From: Camelus dromedarius
Lineage: Eukaryota
Assembly: GCF_036321535.1 (NCBI RefSeq)
Contig: NC_087436.1
Span: 4,402,001-4,466,000, forward strand
Length of the DNA stretch: 64,000 nt
Direction: 5' to 3'
The stretch's first letter is position 1. Each line of letters begins with the position of its first letter. The notes under the pieces were generated by a model. The model saw only the letters and a program-made list of their open reading frames with translations, was not told the origin of the DNA and made no database searches. This document shows positions 50,403 through 62,789 of this stretch, piece by piece. Position numbers and translations under genes: made by a program.

Positions 50403-50922
50403 TTTTACCGAGACCAAACTCATTCTGCTCGCCCCTCGACAGGCCAATAAATCGGGAGACGAGGTGGTGGGGCAAGGAATGGCGACTTTATTCAGAAAGC
50501 GGGCAGACCGAGAGGCTGGCAGACTGATGTCTTGGAGAACCATCGTATTCAAGTCAGAATTCAGGCTCCTTTAATTCTAAAAAGGGGAGGGGGTGTGGTT
50601 GGTTGTTGCAAACTTCTTGCTGCAGGCATTCTTTGTTCTTGCAGCCATCCATGTGGGTCAGGCTGTGGTGTCCCTGTAAACCTCCAACAAAACAAAGGTT
50701 ATTCTCTATTCTGCAACTTGTTATCTCTACAGGAGTGCAAAGTGTTAATATCCTTAAAGGTCAGAGCCGGAATAATAGGCTCTCCTGTGGATTTTAGGCT
50801 AAAGGCAACACTGTTTCCCAAAAGGTACAGCGCTGGCAAGACTGAGCCTGGAAAACAAGGCACAGGGTTAAAGCCACAGGAATAGATCCAACACAGAGTC
50901 AGATTTGTTCTCTTCTATTACA
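50403..50922 (-). mobile_element. Solo ERV1 LTR (artiodactyl MER41-like)
   Basis: Reverse-complement homolog of 31335-31782 (the ORF track shows the shared LLQTSCCRHS..QPSMW..KPPTKQRLFSILQL). Imperfect TSD aaac/aagc. Confidence 0.85.
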
Positions 50923-51269
50923 AAGCCACTTTACTTGAAGAGCTTTGAAAATAAATCCAGCTTCTAAACCTGAAGGTGGGGCTCGGTCATGTCAAGCTGA
51001 TGGAAACTCAAACAGCAACGGAGAGAGACGACCTTAATGGCACACAGCTGGGGCGGACTATCTGAGAGACACAGCAGGGACGTGGGCAGAGCTTTGGGGG
51101 TGACACGTGCATTACAAATAATATACACCTAACCCAAATCGGCTTCTACATTTAGGAATTAGCATTAACAGGAGAACATCTTAGTGTACTTAATAATTTG
51201 TGAAGACACACCCACTACCATGAGCTCATGATTGACTAACAGACCGTTCAGCTGCCATGTGCCAGGCTG

Positions 51270-51650
51270 GCTGACTTAGATCATTTTTTCACCCACATGT
51301 GTTCACCTGCAGGTCTGGCTCCTTCTGAGAGCTCTGAGGAAGTGCCTGCCCTCGGCCCCTCTCCCAGCTCCTGGTGGTTCCTTGACAATCTTTGAGCTTC
51401 GGTTCCTGCTGCCACACCGCCCAGTCCCTGCCTTCACCCCCACCTGGTGTGTGTCTGTATTCACACCCTGCTCTGTACAAGGATGCCATTCCTCCATCCC
51501 TAGGAAATTTGGGCCCCTGCCTGCTCCACTATAACCTTATCTAAGCTAATTACCTCTGCAGCAACTCTGGTTCCAAATCACGTCACAGTCTGAGGTCTTG
51601 GGGATTAGGCCTCCCACATATGAATTGGGGGGGGCACAATTCAATCTAAT
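51270..51650 (-). mobile_element. MLT1 LTR fragment
   Basis: ctaattacctctgcagcaactctggttccaaat..gtcacagtctgagg..catatgaattggggggggcacaattca. Confidence 0.75.
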
Positions 51651-51929
51651 ATATTTGACCCCTCCTCTCCCAGGAGAAGATGCGCCATTTAAGTGATGGT
51701 ACCAGTGATTTCAGATCCCATTTAGAAGGTTTTCCTGGGTTTCCTTAGGACTCCAGCTGAAGCATGACTGGGAGACATTAGGGTCTTTTATTCTGTAACT
51801 CAGGAAACACCAACCACTCAGTCTAACAGGGCGGTAATGGTGTTTAACAGTCATTGGTGGAACTCTGTCCCTTTGGGGCTGTTCCAAGGAACTCTGATTC
51901 CCCAAAACAGCCTTTGTTTCCCTTTTCTT

Positions 51930-52059
51930 GAATATTGTAAAAACCTTAGCCTGAGCCCTCATAAGGAGCCAAACCTCCAGAACAGTAACACAGGACACTT
52001 CCGTTGTTGGGGCCACCAAGTTTGGGGCACTGTCTTAGGGCAGCCTTACCGCTGATACA
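51930..52059 (+). mobile_element. MLT1 LTR 3' end fragment
   Basis: cctccagaacagtaac..cttccgttgtt..gccaccaagtttggggcactgtctt..gcagcc..ctgataca. Confidence 0.6.
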
Positions 52060-52519
52060 GTTAGCATCACCGTTCTTAAGGAACGTGTGTCAAGGTTGGT
52101 ACAAACTTCTCTGACAAATAAAATGCATCTATGCCTTCAGAAAGCAATGAGTGGCATCCAAGACTGTCCTGCCTCATATCTCTCCCTTTAGGTTTCCTGA
52201 TTTCTTCCCCTTTTAATGTTAGTGGCCCTTTTTATACTAGTATACACGTTTGCTTATGTCATCAAAAAAGAACGCGTAATTTGGTTTCACCGCAAGCCAA
52301 TAATTTCTCATCTGAGCAAATTAATAAAAGCATCACATGTTTTTGCATCACTGGAGGTGTCTCTGGTAGCCCCTGAAGGGGTGAGCAGTCCTGTGGGACC
52401 CCTGTTCTTGGGCGTCTCCCCAAACGAGAAGTGCTGTCTGCTCTGGGCTCGTGACTTCCCATGTACTGATGCTCCCCTCTCCAGGCAGAAGGTGGAGGAA
52501 GTTCGAGTAACGTCTAGAT

Positions 52520-52704
52520 TTTTTTTCTTTTTCTTTTTATTGAGTTATGGTTGGCGTACAATGCTGTGTCAGTTTCTGGTGTACAGCACAATTTTGAAGC
52601 CATACACAAATATACATATATTCATTTTCATATTCTTTTCCCCCCGTGAGCTACCACAAGACCTTGTACATATTTTCCTGTACAATATAGTATAAACTTG
52701 TTTA
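52520..52704 (-). mobile_element. Camelid L1 3' fragment
   Basis: T-tail and tacaatgctgtgtcagtttctggtgtacagcaca..gtgagctaccacaaga. Possible TSD tctagat. Confidence 0.85.
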
Positions 52705-54944
52705 TCTAGATATTTTTTGACATTACATTTGATAAGAAAAAAGGTGTGTGGATCCCTTGGAAAATTACAGAAATTAGAGTTTTGTTTAGAGTGTTCACCT
52801 GATTGCTGTCCCTTTATAGAGCTCTACATAGGACCACAACCTCACCCAAGGTCATGCACGATGTTTATGTCAGGGAGGGAGTCAGGCATCACAACAAACC
52901 TGTGCTTCTCAACCAGGGCAGTGCTGGCCCAGGAATATTCTGGAGGAAAAAAGTGCCGGCAGGAAGGGCCTCGCAGTGAGGCTGGGAGGAGAGAGACGGC
53001 AGGCGCTTAGTGGGCGGGGTCTCCGCACATTAAGCATCCTATAAGGCAGAGGACAGTCCTGTTGAGGACACTGACTCAGACTCATACCTCCTCCAGGCAC
53101 AGCCCTGGTCGGCATTCTTTCTGTGCTGAACTTTGCACACTTGCATAACCAGAACTCGAAGTAATGGGCAATGCTGTCATAGATCCTTCGCGCTTTCCCC
53201 AGTCTCGGCCAACATGGACTGTGAACGGTGCGGGACAGTGGGCATAGAATTCACAGTCCCGCTGCATGAAACAGGAATGGATGTATGCTGATGCCGTAAA
53301 AAGCACTGTTTTCTAACAAGCCTGGGACAGTTCCATTTACACTTGGACAACACCCATCCCAGCAGCATTTTTCATTGAGAGTTTTGGGGCAAATTTATTG
53401 AGTTATTATATGAAAATGACTGATTAAAATCAAATCTGGTACATTTTAGTCCCATAAAAAAATCTGTTTTGCAATTTTTATTATTCATCCCCTACATGTG
53501 GCCTTGGTCTTTGACGGTAGGTGACAGATGTAAAGCCCTAGAAAAGGTTCTCCAAGCCCAGGATAAAGACGCCAGACTGCATTTTACTACCAGGGAGTTT
53601 GATGATCTACCGAAGGTGAGCATCTTGTTGATGAAGGGTGTATGTTGTCGACATGAGTTGGGGACAATGCTGTGCAGGAAACAAAATGTATCCTTTACAT
53701 GTATCGTGAATAGTGAAGTAATGTTCTACTGTGGAAAGTAATCAAAGACAGTGTCCCAAAGGGGCATTGTGACAATCAGACCCCTCAGATCTGTCTCTGC
53801 CTGGACACCAAGGTCAAAAATGATGTTGTGCTTGAAGCCTTAAGGTGCAAACTTGGAATACCGTTACCAAAAATCTTCATGAGATGACTCAGTGTTTTGA
53901 AAAGGAGGGGAGTGGCCGGCTATGATGGAGTGTTGGCATAGCAGCGCACATTGCTGAAGACTCTCTTAATGAGATAAATGGCTTCCAAGCCCCTGCTGTG
54001 GACAGGACGTCTCAGGCTGTCGCTCTGGAACCTTGGACTGAATCTCAGCTCCAGCATCCACCCCTGCTCCCAGTTGGCCTTTCCTAGCTGGATGGTCTCA
54101 GTGGCCCTGAGAAGCAGAATTCTCAGGTACCCGCTTCCCTCTGTCCCCTGAAACTCAGCTATCAGGGGTCAACCCAGCACTTACAGCCCACCACCTGGGA
54201 GATGGGGCTTGCAGAGTAAATGCACTCTAACAAAGCAGCCCGTCAACCTGCCTGCACTGCGCTTCCACGCCTGCCTCTGTTGCTGCTTCGGGATGTGACT
54301 CTTGGAGAGAGTCATGAATTCAAGCCCCTCCCCAGGGAAAGGGTACCAGGTAGGTAGGCGACCTTGATGATGAGACTCTCTCTCTGAGAAACAGGGCTCA
54401 CTGGGCTTGGCAGGACTGCTTGCTGAAGAAGTAGGTACCGTTAGCTCCCTGTCACCCCCACAGTGCACGGTAGAGGCGGGTGTGTCCCTGTGAGCCTGGG
54501 AATCTCAGACACAGTTACTCTCTCGGGAGCCAGCAGGCCTCTGAACTTTATTTCACTCTGTGATGGAGAGCGGTTCAAAAGAGCAGCTGGGAACAGGGGC
54601 ACAGTGAGGGGTGCTGGATGCCTGGGATTCGGGACAAACTCCACCTCCTCCAGCTGCAGACAAGGAGCTCAGGAGTGGGAAGCTGGATGCTCCCAATCTG
54701 CAGAGGTCCTGTGGGGGGTGGGGGTGGGGAGCGTGTACCCTATATCTAGCAGCCGCTGCAGAGTAACCAAAGGCGGGACACTGCCACGCTGCAGGACGGC
54801 ACCAACGTCTAGGGCCTTCCCTACAGAGGCTCCGGGTGTGTCGTATCCACGGGGCAACTGCAGTCACAGGGCCAGCATCATGGGGTGAGGGGCCGGAGTG
54901 GAGCACCGGGCCCCACACTTGGAATTAGACCCTCTCTTGGGATT

Positions 54945-55110
54945 GAAAAGTTAGAACATTTAGTTTAGTACAATTTATTTGGTTTAATTTATTTATTTTG
55001 GGAGACAGGCAATTAGGCTTGTTTATTTAATGGAGGTACCGGTGATTGAACCCGGGACCTCATGCATGCTAAGCACAGCCTCAGCCACTGAGCTCTACCT
55101 TGCCATCCAC
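54945..55110 (-). mobile_element. tRNA-derived SINE (camelid Vic-1-type)
   Basis: Reverse strand GGTAGAGCTCAGTGG..GCTTAGCATGCATGAGGTCCCGGGTTCAATCACCGGTACCTCC (A/B boxes), A-rich tail, TSD-like cttgggatt on both sides. Confidence 0.8.
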
Positions 55111-56189
55111 CTGCCTTGGGATTTAACGCCCTACTGTTGCCTCCTTGAAATTCTTACAGATTTAGTTTTGAATTTGTGTTTGTAAGTGACAGCTTGATGG
55201 GGTCAGGGGCTTAAGTCCTCAGCTCACACAGGATCCCACCACTGACTGGCTCCCACGATGCTGCCTTCCCACTCACCCAGAAGGGTCTCGGGCCACCCTG
55301 TCCGGCCACCTGCTGCTGCCCTCTGGCCCCAGAGGGGACTGAGCCCAGGCACAGCACAGGCTCAGGTCAGGCACGTGAGGGCCCCGCCGGCATTCACACC
55401 CCAGGAATGGGACATTAAAGAGCCAATGAAACCCACGCCAACAGGTGGGGAGCTCTCTGTGGACCATAGAGGAAAGGGAAGAGCATCCTTTTTGCTTTTG
55501 AGGGTGGGGCACACTGTCACCTTGCGTTAATGATTCTGAGCGCTGGAACTTACATCTTCCTCACACTGTCACTGACCAAGCGCCACCGGGCCCCCCATGT
55601 GCTGTCTGGTCTCCAGCTCATCCACGTGTGCACGGGGTCCTGACGTGGGTCCTCACTGTGGAATTAGGAACATTAACCACAATGGGGAAGCCACTGGTAG
55701 GGATCCACAGATGACTCAGATCACCGGACAGCAGAGAAAAACAGCTTTCCTTAATCCTGTCTAGCTCCCAGTTTGACAAACTGCCACTGTTGTTCTGAAG
55801 GCAATGACAGCTAAGCAGAATGTTGCAGGAGTTTCTGAGAAATTACAGGGGATGGACATTCTAAGGAGAGCTGTTCGTTTTCATGACTGAGGCCAGGTTC
55901 TCAATGTCTTCTTTACTGTGTGTTATTTTCTGTTGCATTTATAAAGTGTGTGGTGTATGCGTTTCTGTACCGGCGTTTGCATGTTGCATGAACTAGCACA
56001 TGTGGGTGTACAGTGTCTGAATTTATGTCTTTATTTCTCCAATTAAAATGAAGGCCACTTAAGTCAAAACAATTATTCCAATTTTCTTAGGAAATTAATA
56101 AATTGATTTCCACTGCTTTCTCCCACTTTTCCTCTCTCTGAGTACTTCCACTTAAGTTTATGTGCATATTTAAATTTTAAGACTTACAA

Positions 56190-56578
56190 GATGATATCAC
56201 TCATATGTGGAATCTAAAAAAAAAGGAAAGAAAGGAAAAAGAAGACACCAATGAACTTATTTACAAAATGGAAACAGACTCACATAGAGAACAAACTTAC
56301 GGTTACCAAAGGGAAGGGGATGGAACAGGATACACTGGGATTTTGAGACTTGTTATTAGTAACTACTATACATAAAATAGATAAAAAATCAAATCTCTTC
56401 TATAGAGCACAGGAAACTGTATTCAATATCCTGTAATAACCTATAATGAAAAAGAATATGAAAAGGAATATATGTGTGTATATGTATGTATGTATAAAGC
56501 TGTGCACCAGAAATGGCTGCAACATTGTAAACTGACTCTACTTTAATTTAAAAAGTTTAAAAATAAATTGTCAAAAAA
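56190..56578 (+). mobile_element. Artiodactyl/camelid L1 3' end
   Basis: atgatatcactcatatgtggaatctaaaa..aatgaacttatttacaaaa..acattgtaaactgact followed by an A-rich tail. Confidence 0.88.
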
Positions 56579-56764
56579 CTTCCAAGACCACTGTGAAGTC
56601 TGACAACACTGCCATGGTAAGAGTCTTTGATGTGCTTTCCTGGTTTATGTTTAAATGGCATTTTTTAAAAAATCATGTATCCCACCCAGACCCTCACGAC
56701 AACCTTGTGCTGGGGCGTCTACAGTGTAACAGTGTAGTTTTCAACCATCGTAAGGTGGGGCCAG

Positions 56765-56767
<3 letters not shown>

Positions 56768-56803
<36 letters not shown>
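56768..56803 (+). repeat. (TG)18 microsatellite
   Basis: Perfect TG run. Confidence 0.95.
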
Positions 56804-56807
<4 letters not shown>

Positions 56808-57944
56808 ATGTGTGTACGTGTGTCTATATTTATGTACACGAAACAGATGAAATACTTGTGAGTCTATTTCACTAGTGTGTTTAGTGAGATACATCTTGGA
56901 AATAAAATGCATTGTGTAAGTAATTAATGATGTGACCATATGTTTAAAATGCATCAGTAAATGCCAAAACCAGAATACAAAACAGTATATACAATATTAT
57001 ATTATCTTATTAATGAATACGGGTACGTATATGTGCAAGAAAAAAATAGATGAATCATATTGAGTAGCATTTTATGAGTTATTTGTGAATGGAAGAATTG
57101 TGGATGATTTTTCCATCTTTTTGTTTACTTTATAAAGTTCTCTCATTAATGTAATTTTATTTTATATTTATAAAAATAAAACAACACAAAATAAATATTT
57201 TTTTTCTGATTTGCTCTTGGACAAAGCAACTGAGGTTTTGGCAGCAAGAAGAACGGGCTGTAATTCACATGGTGGGGATATTTGCACTTTCAATGTGATA
57301 GGTCAACAGATGTCGCTACTTACAGATTCCTCTTTGTGACTCTAAGCAGACTGGCTTCAAGATCACTACTTTGCCAGTGTGATTTGCCTTTAAGAAAACT
57401 CCAGCCCCAGCCATATATACTACTATATCCCTCCTTGAACAAAATATTAATCTCATATGGACATTTAAAAAATTATTCAATATGTAAAAGGTCAGTTCAT
57501 GAGATATAAAAATAAAATTACAAGATGGTTGTTGATAAGGCATTTAATATAAAAAAATGAGCACTGAATATTAACTAATATTCTTGGCTGACTCAAGATC
57601 CTCTTCTAAAGGGTTTTTTAGATTAGCACCATGTTTACATGTTGAAATAATTCCATTTTGGTTTATTTATGAGACTGTAAACAGAGAGTTCTTTAGATCC
57701 TCCCTCCCCCTTTTCTCAGTGACATACACACTCCAGAAAACCCAGATGACCATGAAGACGTCAAATCTGGACTTGAATCCCACTCATTAGGGTGAGAAGA
57801 CAGGGGTACAGAGGTGCGTGGCGCCACCCTGCTTTCACGACAGCTCACGGTGTCCCAGCTTGACAACTTCTCTCCTTCCATCTGTACAGTGGCAGCCTCC
57901 ACAGCTGCTTCAAGATGACTTTCTCTCCAAATGTTTAGAAGTGC

Positions 57945-58472
57945 CGTGAAGAAATGAAGACTCCATTTGCAACAACACAGATGAACCTGGAAAATGTTCT
58001 GCTGAGTGAAACAAGCCAGACCCAGAAGGGCCGATGCCGTGTGATCTCACTGATACGTCAAACTCATAGAGCCAGATAGCAGACGGTGCTTGCCAAGGGC
58101 TGGGGGTGGGGAATGGGAAACTGTTGGTCCCACGGTACAGACTTACAGTTATAAGATGAATAACTTCTGAGCCAGGAACAGCATGGTGACTAGAGTAAAC
58201 AACACTGTTGTTTGCTTGCAATTTCTTAGGAGAGTAGATCTTAAATATTCTCAGCAAACACACATACACACACACACACACATACACACACACGAGTTAC
58301 TATGTCATGTGATGGATGCTTCAATTAACTTGACTGTTGTAATCATTTGATGCTGCGTACGCACTTACATCATCACAATATACACCTAAAAATCCATTGT
58401 GAAACCTAAATATATGTGATTTTCACTTGCCAGTCATACCGCCATAAAACTGGAACAAATAATAAAACAAAA
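57945..58472 (+). mobile_element. L1MA/MB-type 3' end
   Basis: ccatttgcaacaacacagatgaacctggaaaatgttctgctgagtgaaacaagccaga..gagtagatcttaaatattctca. Confidence 0.85.
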
Positions 58473-59389
58473 AATGAAGAATCAAGGATTTCACCAAGCA
58501 CGATGGGGACCCTTGCGGATGGGAGTTGTGTGTGGTGTGTAGAGGGTGAAAGGAGGGGAACGCAAGGATATCTTTTGGAGTTCTGTTCTTTCTGTTTCTT
58601 TGTCCGGATGTCAGTCACACAGGTGTGCTAGTTTATGAAAATGCAGCAACCTTCTCACTCTTCTAATTGTGCCACAAGTTTTATACAGTGATAGTCACCT
58701 GAACATTGCTCTAGGCTCCACAAAAACTAATTATTTGTTCTATTTGCAGCCTAATGTTTTCTTAGGAATAACTTTTTTAAAACCAATAGAAAGCATACAG
58801 TTATTTTACAGGCTTCGTTTGCTCCATTTTAATCACTGTGAAGCCCAAGTGCTCTGGTGAATGTTGATAAAACCTTGTTAGATATAAGCTTTGTATGTTT
58901 GGGGGAAAATATCCCACAAACACCAAAAGAATGCCAAGATCATGTTGTCAATTCATTCAAATAGATTTCAAAAAATCTTATTTTAAATGCCTCTTAAGTT
59001 GGCAGAATTCATAGAACTAGATTTGCCACAGTCTTGGGACTCATGTTTCCTTTCCAATGTGAAATTATTAAATGCAAATAAAATAATCATATCATGTAAC
59101 ATCAAAACAACAGAAGATATTGACAAAGTATCAGCAAAATGGTTTTTGATGTGCAAAATTAGTATCCCCAAACTGCTTCAGACAGGGCAGAAACAAAAAA
59201 GAATCAAAGACACCTCTTCTAGGAGTAGGGAGGGCAAGAATAAAGCAATGGGAATAGTTCCAAAGGTGTCAGATGCCTGCTGTCCCAGGGACTGGGCACC
59301 TTGGACACAGGGCATAGAATCATCCACTGGGCTTCAGCCTCGTCGGGGAAGATGCCAGGTGAGCAGAGTCTTAAATTAACTGAGTTAGC

Positions 59390-59530
59390 TCGGGAAGGCT
59401 CCCAGTATTCCCTAAGCCTCAATTTCCTTGTCTGTGGAATGGGGATCCTAATAGTAGCCTCTGGTTTGTTCGGGATTAGAGAAAGTGTATATAGTACACC
59501 TGGCAGACAGCCGTCCTACAAACTCATGGC
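59390..59530 (+). mobile_element. MIR fragment
   Basis: ctaagcctcaatttccttgtctgtggaatggggatcctaatagta. Confidence 0.65.
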
Positions 59531-59904
59531 AGTACGAGGGACAAGAGCTCGCAGGATGAGAGACGAGCCCTTGACAAAGCATAACTGCTGTCCAAATGTT
59601 GTTTATTATCCTCGTTTTATTTAAATAGATAAGTAAGAAACCATTCTAAGCAGATGGATCATTTTAACTCATGTCCATGATTTCTTATTTCCTAACATGA
59701 CTTTTTTTTTCCCAACTTTTTAAAAATAGACTTTGTTATTTAGAGCAGGTTTTGCTTCACAGCAAAGTATTAGTAGACTTCCTGTATAGCCCCTGCCCCC
59801 TCCAAACTTTTCTTTTACAATAGAAAGGTCTGGAAAGATCTGGCAGCAGATCTTATAGTGAACTTTAAAATTATGTATATCAAACTATCCCATTAATTAA
59901 ATGA

Positions 59905-60121
59905 ATTTTAATTTTTTAAATTTTATTTTTTATTGAAGTGTAGTTGATTTACAATGTTAGTTTCAGGTGTACAGCAAAAGCAATTCACTTATGCATGTGC
60001 ATACATATATACATATATTTTCAGGTTCTTTTCCATTATATGTTATTACAGGATATTGAATATACCTCCCTGTGCTGTACAGTAGGTCCTTGCTGTTTAT
60101 CTACTTTGTACATAGTAGTGT
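59905..60121 (-). mobile_element. Artiodactyl-type L1 3'UTR fragment
   Basis: ttattgaagtgtagttgatttacaatgttagtttcaggtgtacagc..ccctgtgctgtacagtaggtcctt. Confidence 0.88.
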
Positions 60122-60324
60122 GGGAAATACGAAATGTCTTTATCACATCCTAATTTGTGGGATCCGTGAAATGCTGTTGACATTGTTTCTCATCACTAGT
60201 CTAAATGTTCAAATGATTCAATATAGCATTACGATGTAGCCCTATTTTCCTACGTCAGTTCCTTTAAAAGTAAATATTCTCCCAGCCCTGCAAGTGATTT
60301 GACCTTTTATGCTGTGGTCTATAA

Positions 60325-61010
60325 CCCATTCACTCAACAAATGTTTTTGAGTAATAACTGTGTGCCAGATTGTTCTACGTGCCCAGAATAAGAGTGAGCA
60401 AGACCTCATCCCTCATAAAGTTTATATAATGGCAGGGAGACCGAAAATGCACAGTAACTGCAATAAATAGTTCAGTGGAGTGGTTGGCGATGTGTTATGA
60501 GACTACAACGGAGCTGGGTAAGGGGGAGTTGGAGTGGGGGGAGTAGGTCTCATCGAGAAAGCGACATTTGACACTTGAAGCAGGTTAGAGATTTAGCCCT
60601 GGAAGAGCATTCCAAGCAGAGGGAACAGCCAGGGCAAAGGCCAGAGTGCATGGAAGGAGGCTGTGTGAGGTGGGACAGAGGGCAGCTCACCCAGGACTCT
60701 GGCTCGCTCCCAGTGAAGAGCCCTGTTTAAGACCCCGAGTCACACGATGTAACGCCCTGCTTTTTTAAAAATGCATTTCAGATTTTAAAAGGATCAGAGG
60801 ATCAGCCTATCTGCTGTGTTGAGGGGGCATGTTAGGAAGATGGAGGGCAAAGCAGAGACCAGTTGGGAGGGGATTTTCCAGATGAGATTCTGGGGGCTCC
60901 AAGGAGGTTGTCACAGCGGGGGTGGTCAGAGGTGGCTGGATGTGTGATGATCCTGGAATCAACAGGCATTCTGACAGATGTGTGTGGGACATGACGAGAC
61001 AGAAGCTCAT
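60325..61010 (-). mobile_element. L2 3' region
   Basis: cattcactcaacaaatgtttttgagt..tgtgccag..gaagagcattccaagcagagggaacagc..gcagagaccagttgggagg. Confidence 0.75.
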
Positions 61011-61189
61011 GCTTGTGTCACAGAAAATTATTATTAAGGGAAGCGTTCCATTGTTAAAGGTAAAATCATATACACTTTTGTTTGCTCTGAGTTTATTCTT
61101 TCTGTTGAATTGTACATACTGAAATTACCTGTGAGAGAAGTGAAAGCTTTGTTAACACATTTTCCACAAAGTTACACTGTGAGTCTTGC

Positions 61190-61253
61190 GGAGAGCGGGC
61201 TCTGCTGGGAGGAGAGCGGGCTCTGCTGGGGAGGAGAGCGGGCTCTGCTGGGA
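61190..61253 (+). repeat. Minisatellite, 3 copies of a 21-22 bp unit GGAGAGCGGGCTCTGCTGGG(G)A
   Basis: Three near-perfect tandem copies read directly. Confidence 0.95.
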
Positions 61254-62789
61254 AGCCTTGGGCGCCCAGCGGGCTTGCCCGCCCCGCCCTGCGCTCTGCC
61301 CTCCGGACCTGGATGCAGTCAGTTGATTTCATTTCCATCAACCTGGGTCCAAGTGGCATTTCATGGTTTCATTAACTGAACTTCTGCTGGCTCTTGACCT
61401 TGGGATTTCCAAACCTGTGACTTCTGATTCTTCCTTGCCATCTCCGCGAAGCTGTCTTAAGAGGAATTTCACATGACTGTCAAGAGAAAATTACTTCCAT
61501 TTCTTTTTCATGTCAAAAGCTTGTCATCGCTGCAGGTGTGGCTCACTGTGACTCAGGATGTGAGGTGAGGCTTTTATTTTACTGTCACTTTCTTTTCTTT
61601 TAACCATCCAAGAGCGTGCCTCCCTCTGCTCCTCTCTGCACCCGCGTGTGACAGTGGGTATTGTTACCTAATTGCTTGAAGGCAGACCCGGAGCCGTTTT
61701 ATCCTCTTAGGTTCTACTTGTCAGAAAGATAATTCTGCAACAAATCTTTTTCAGTCCCTAAAGGTTTTATCTGACATCCTCATAAATGGTGGAATATGTG
61801 AAATGCTTATTAAAAATAAATAAACGGATGTTAAGTGGTTGATGATTGATTCACTAGTGAGAAGCTGAGTCTCTTTTTCTTAGACTCCCGGGACTGTTAA
61901 AAAAAAAAAAAAAAGAAAAATTAGTTAAGGGGGAAATATATGAATCTTCCAGAATTTAGTGAATATAAGGTTATCGCTTATCCTTTCACAGTGTCTCTAT
62001 TTTGAACGCTGTTTTCTTTGTTCTTCATAAAGACAATTCACTGTGCCTCCTTGGAGAGCCGTGGAAATCATTCTCAGACACTTCAAGGCACGCTTGCTTG
62101 TGTCGGCCTGCATTACTTATTTGACTCACTTTACATGCCTTAACGTTTTGTAGGTGTCAGTTTGGAAAATAAGAGCTATTTTCTTTCCCCACAGGCAAAG
62201 CCATCTCTTATCTCTGCATGTGGGGGCGGCACGAACTCTCCCGCACGGGAAATGCTGCTCTTAGAAGCCCCGATGCCCACCTGTGCCCGGAGCTCTGCAG
62301 CTGTGGCACGACGGGGCGGTCTGCACGCAGCACTCGGCGGGCCTTACGCACAGCCCAGTAAGGGAAGCCGCATGCACCTCTGTGAAGTTTCAGGTGCTTC
62401 TGGATCACTCCTTGCTCAGAGCACGAGGTCATGTTAGCCTGTTAATGCAGCTCAGCTTAGCACACTCTTGAGAACCATGTGGCAGCTTCTTGAATAGGGC
62501 TGGTTATATCTTAGTTGGCACAACTTTGCTAGAACCCACGTTTGTGTCCGCTGTGGGAGGATGTAAAGAACATCACTGGACTGCGTGTCCAGAGATCCCA
62601 GCTCTGCCGTTACCTGGGAAGGCAATTCCTCACTGGAGGGAGCAGCACCTCCTCAATGAGAGGGCCCCAAAGGCATTCTTAGGTGAGTCTGCTGATTTTT
62701 CGGTAGCAACCTTACCAGATAAAGATACTATTATAAAGGGAATGCATTGTGTTCCAGGGTCTTCTATGATATTAATCTTTTTCTCTTTC

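Noticed and set aside
55030..55105. tRNA gene
   Set aside because: Diverged tRNA-like head with an A-rich tail and TSD, so it is a SINE.
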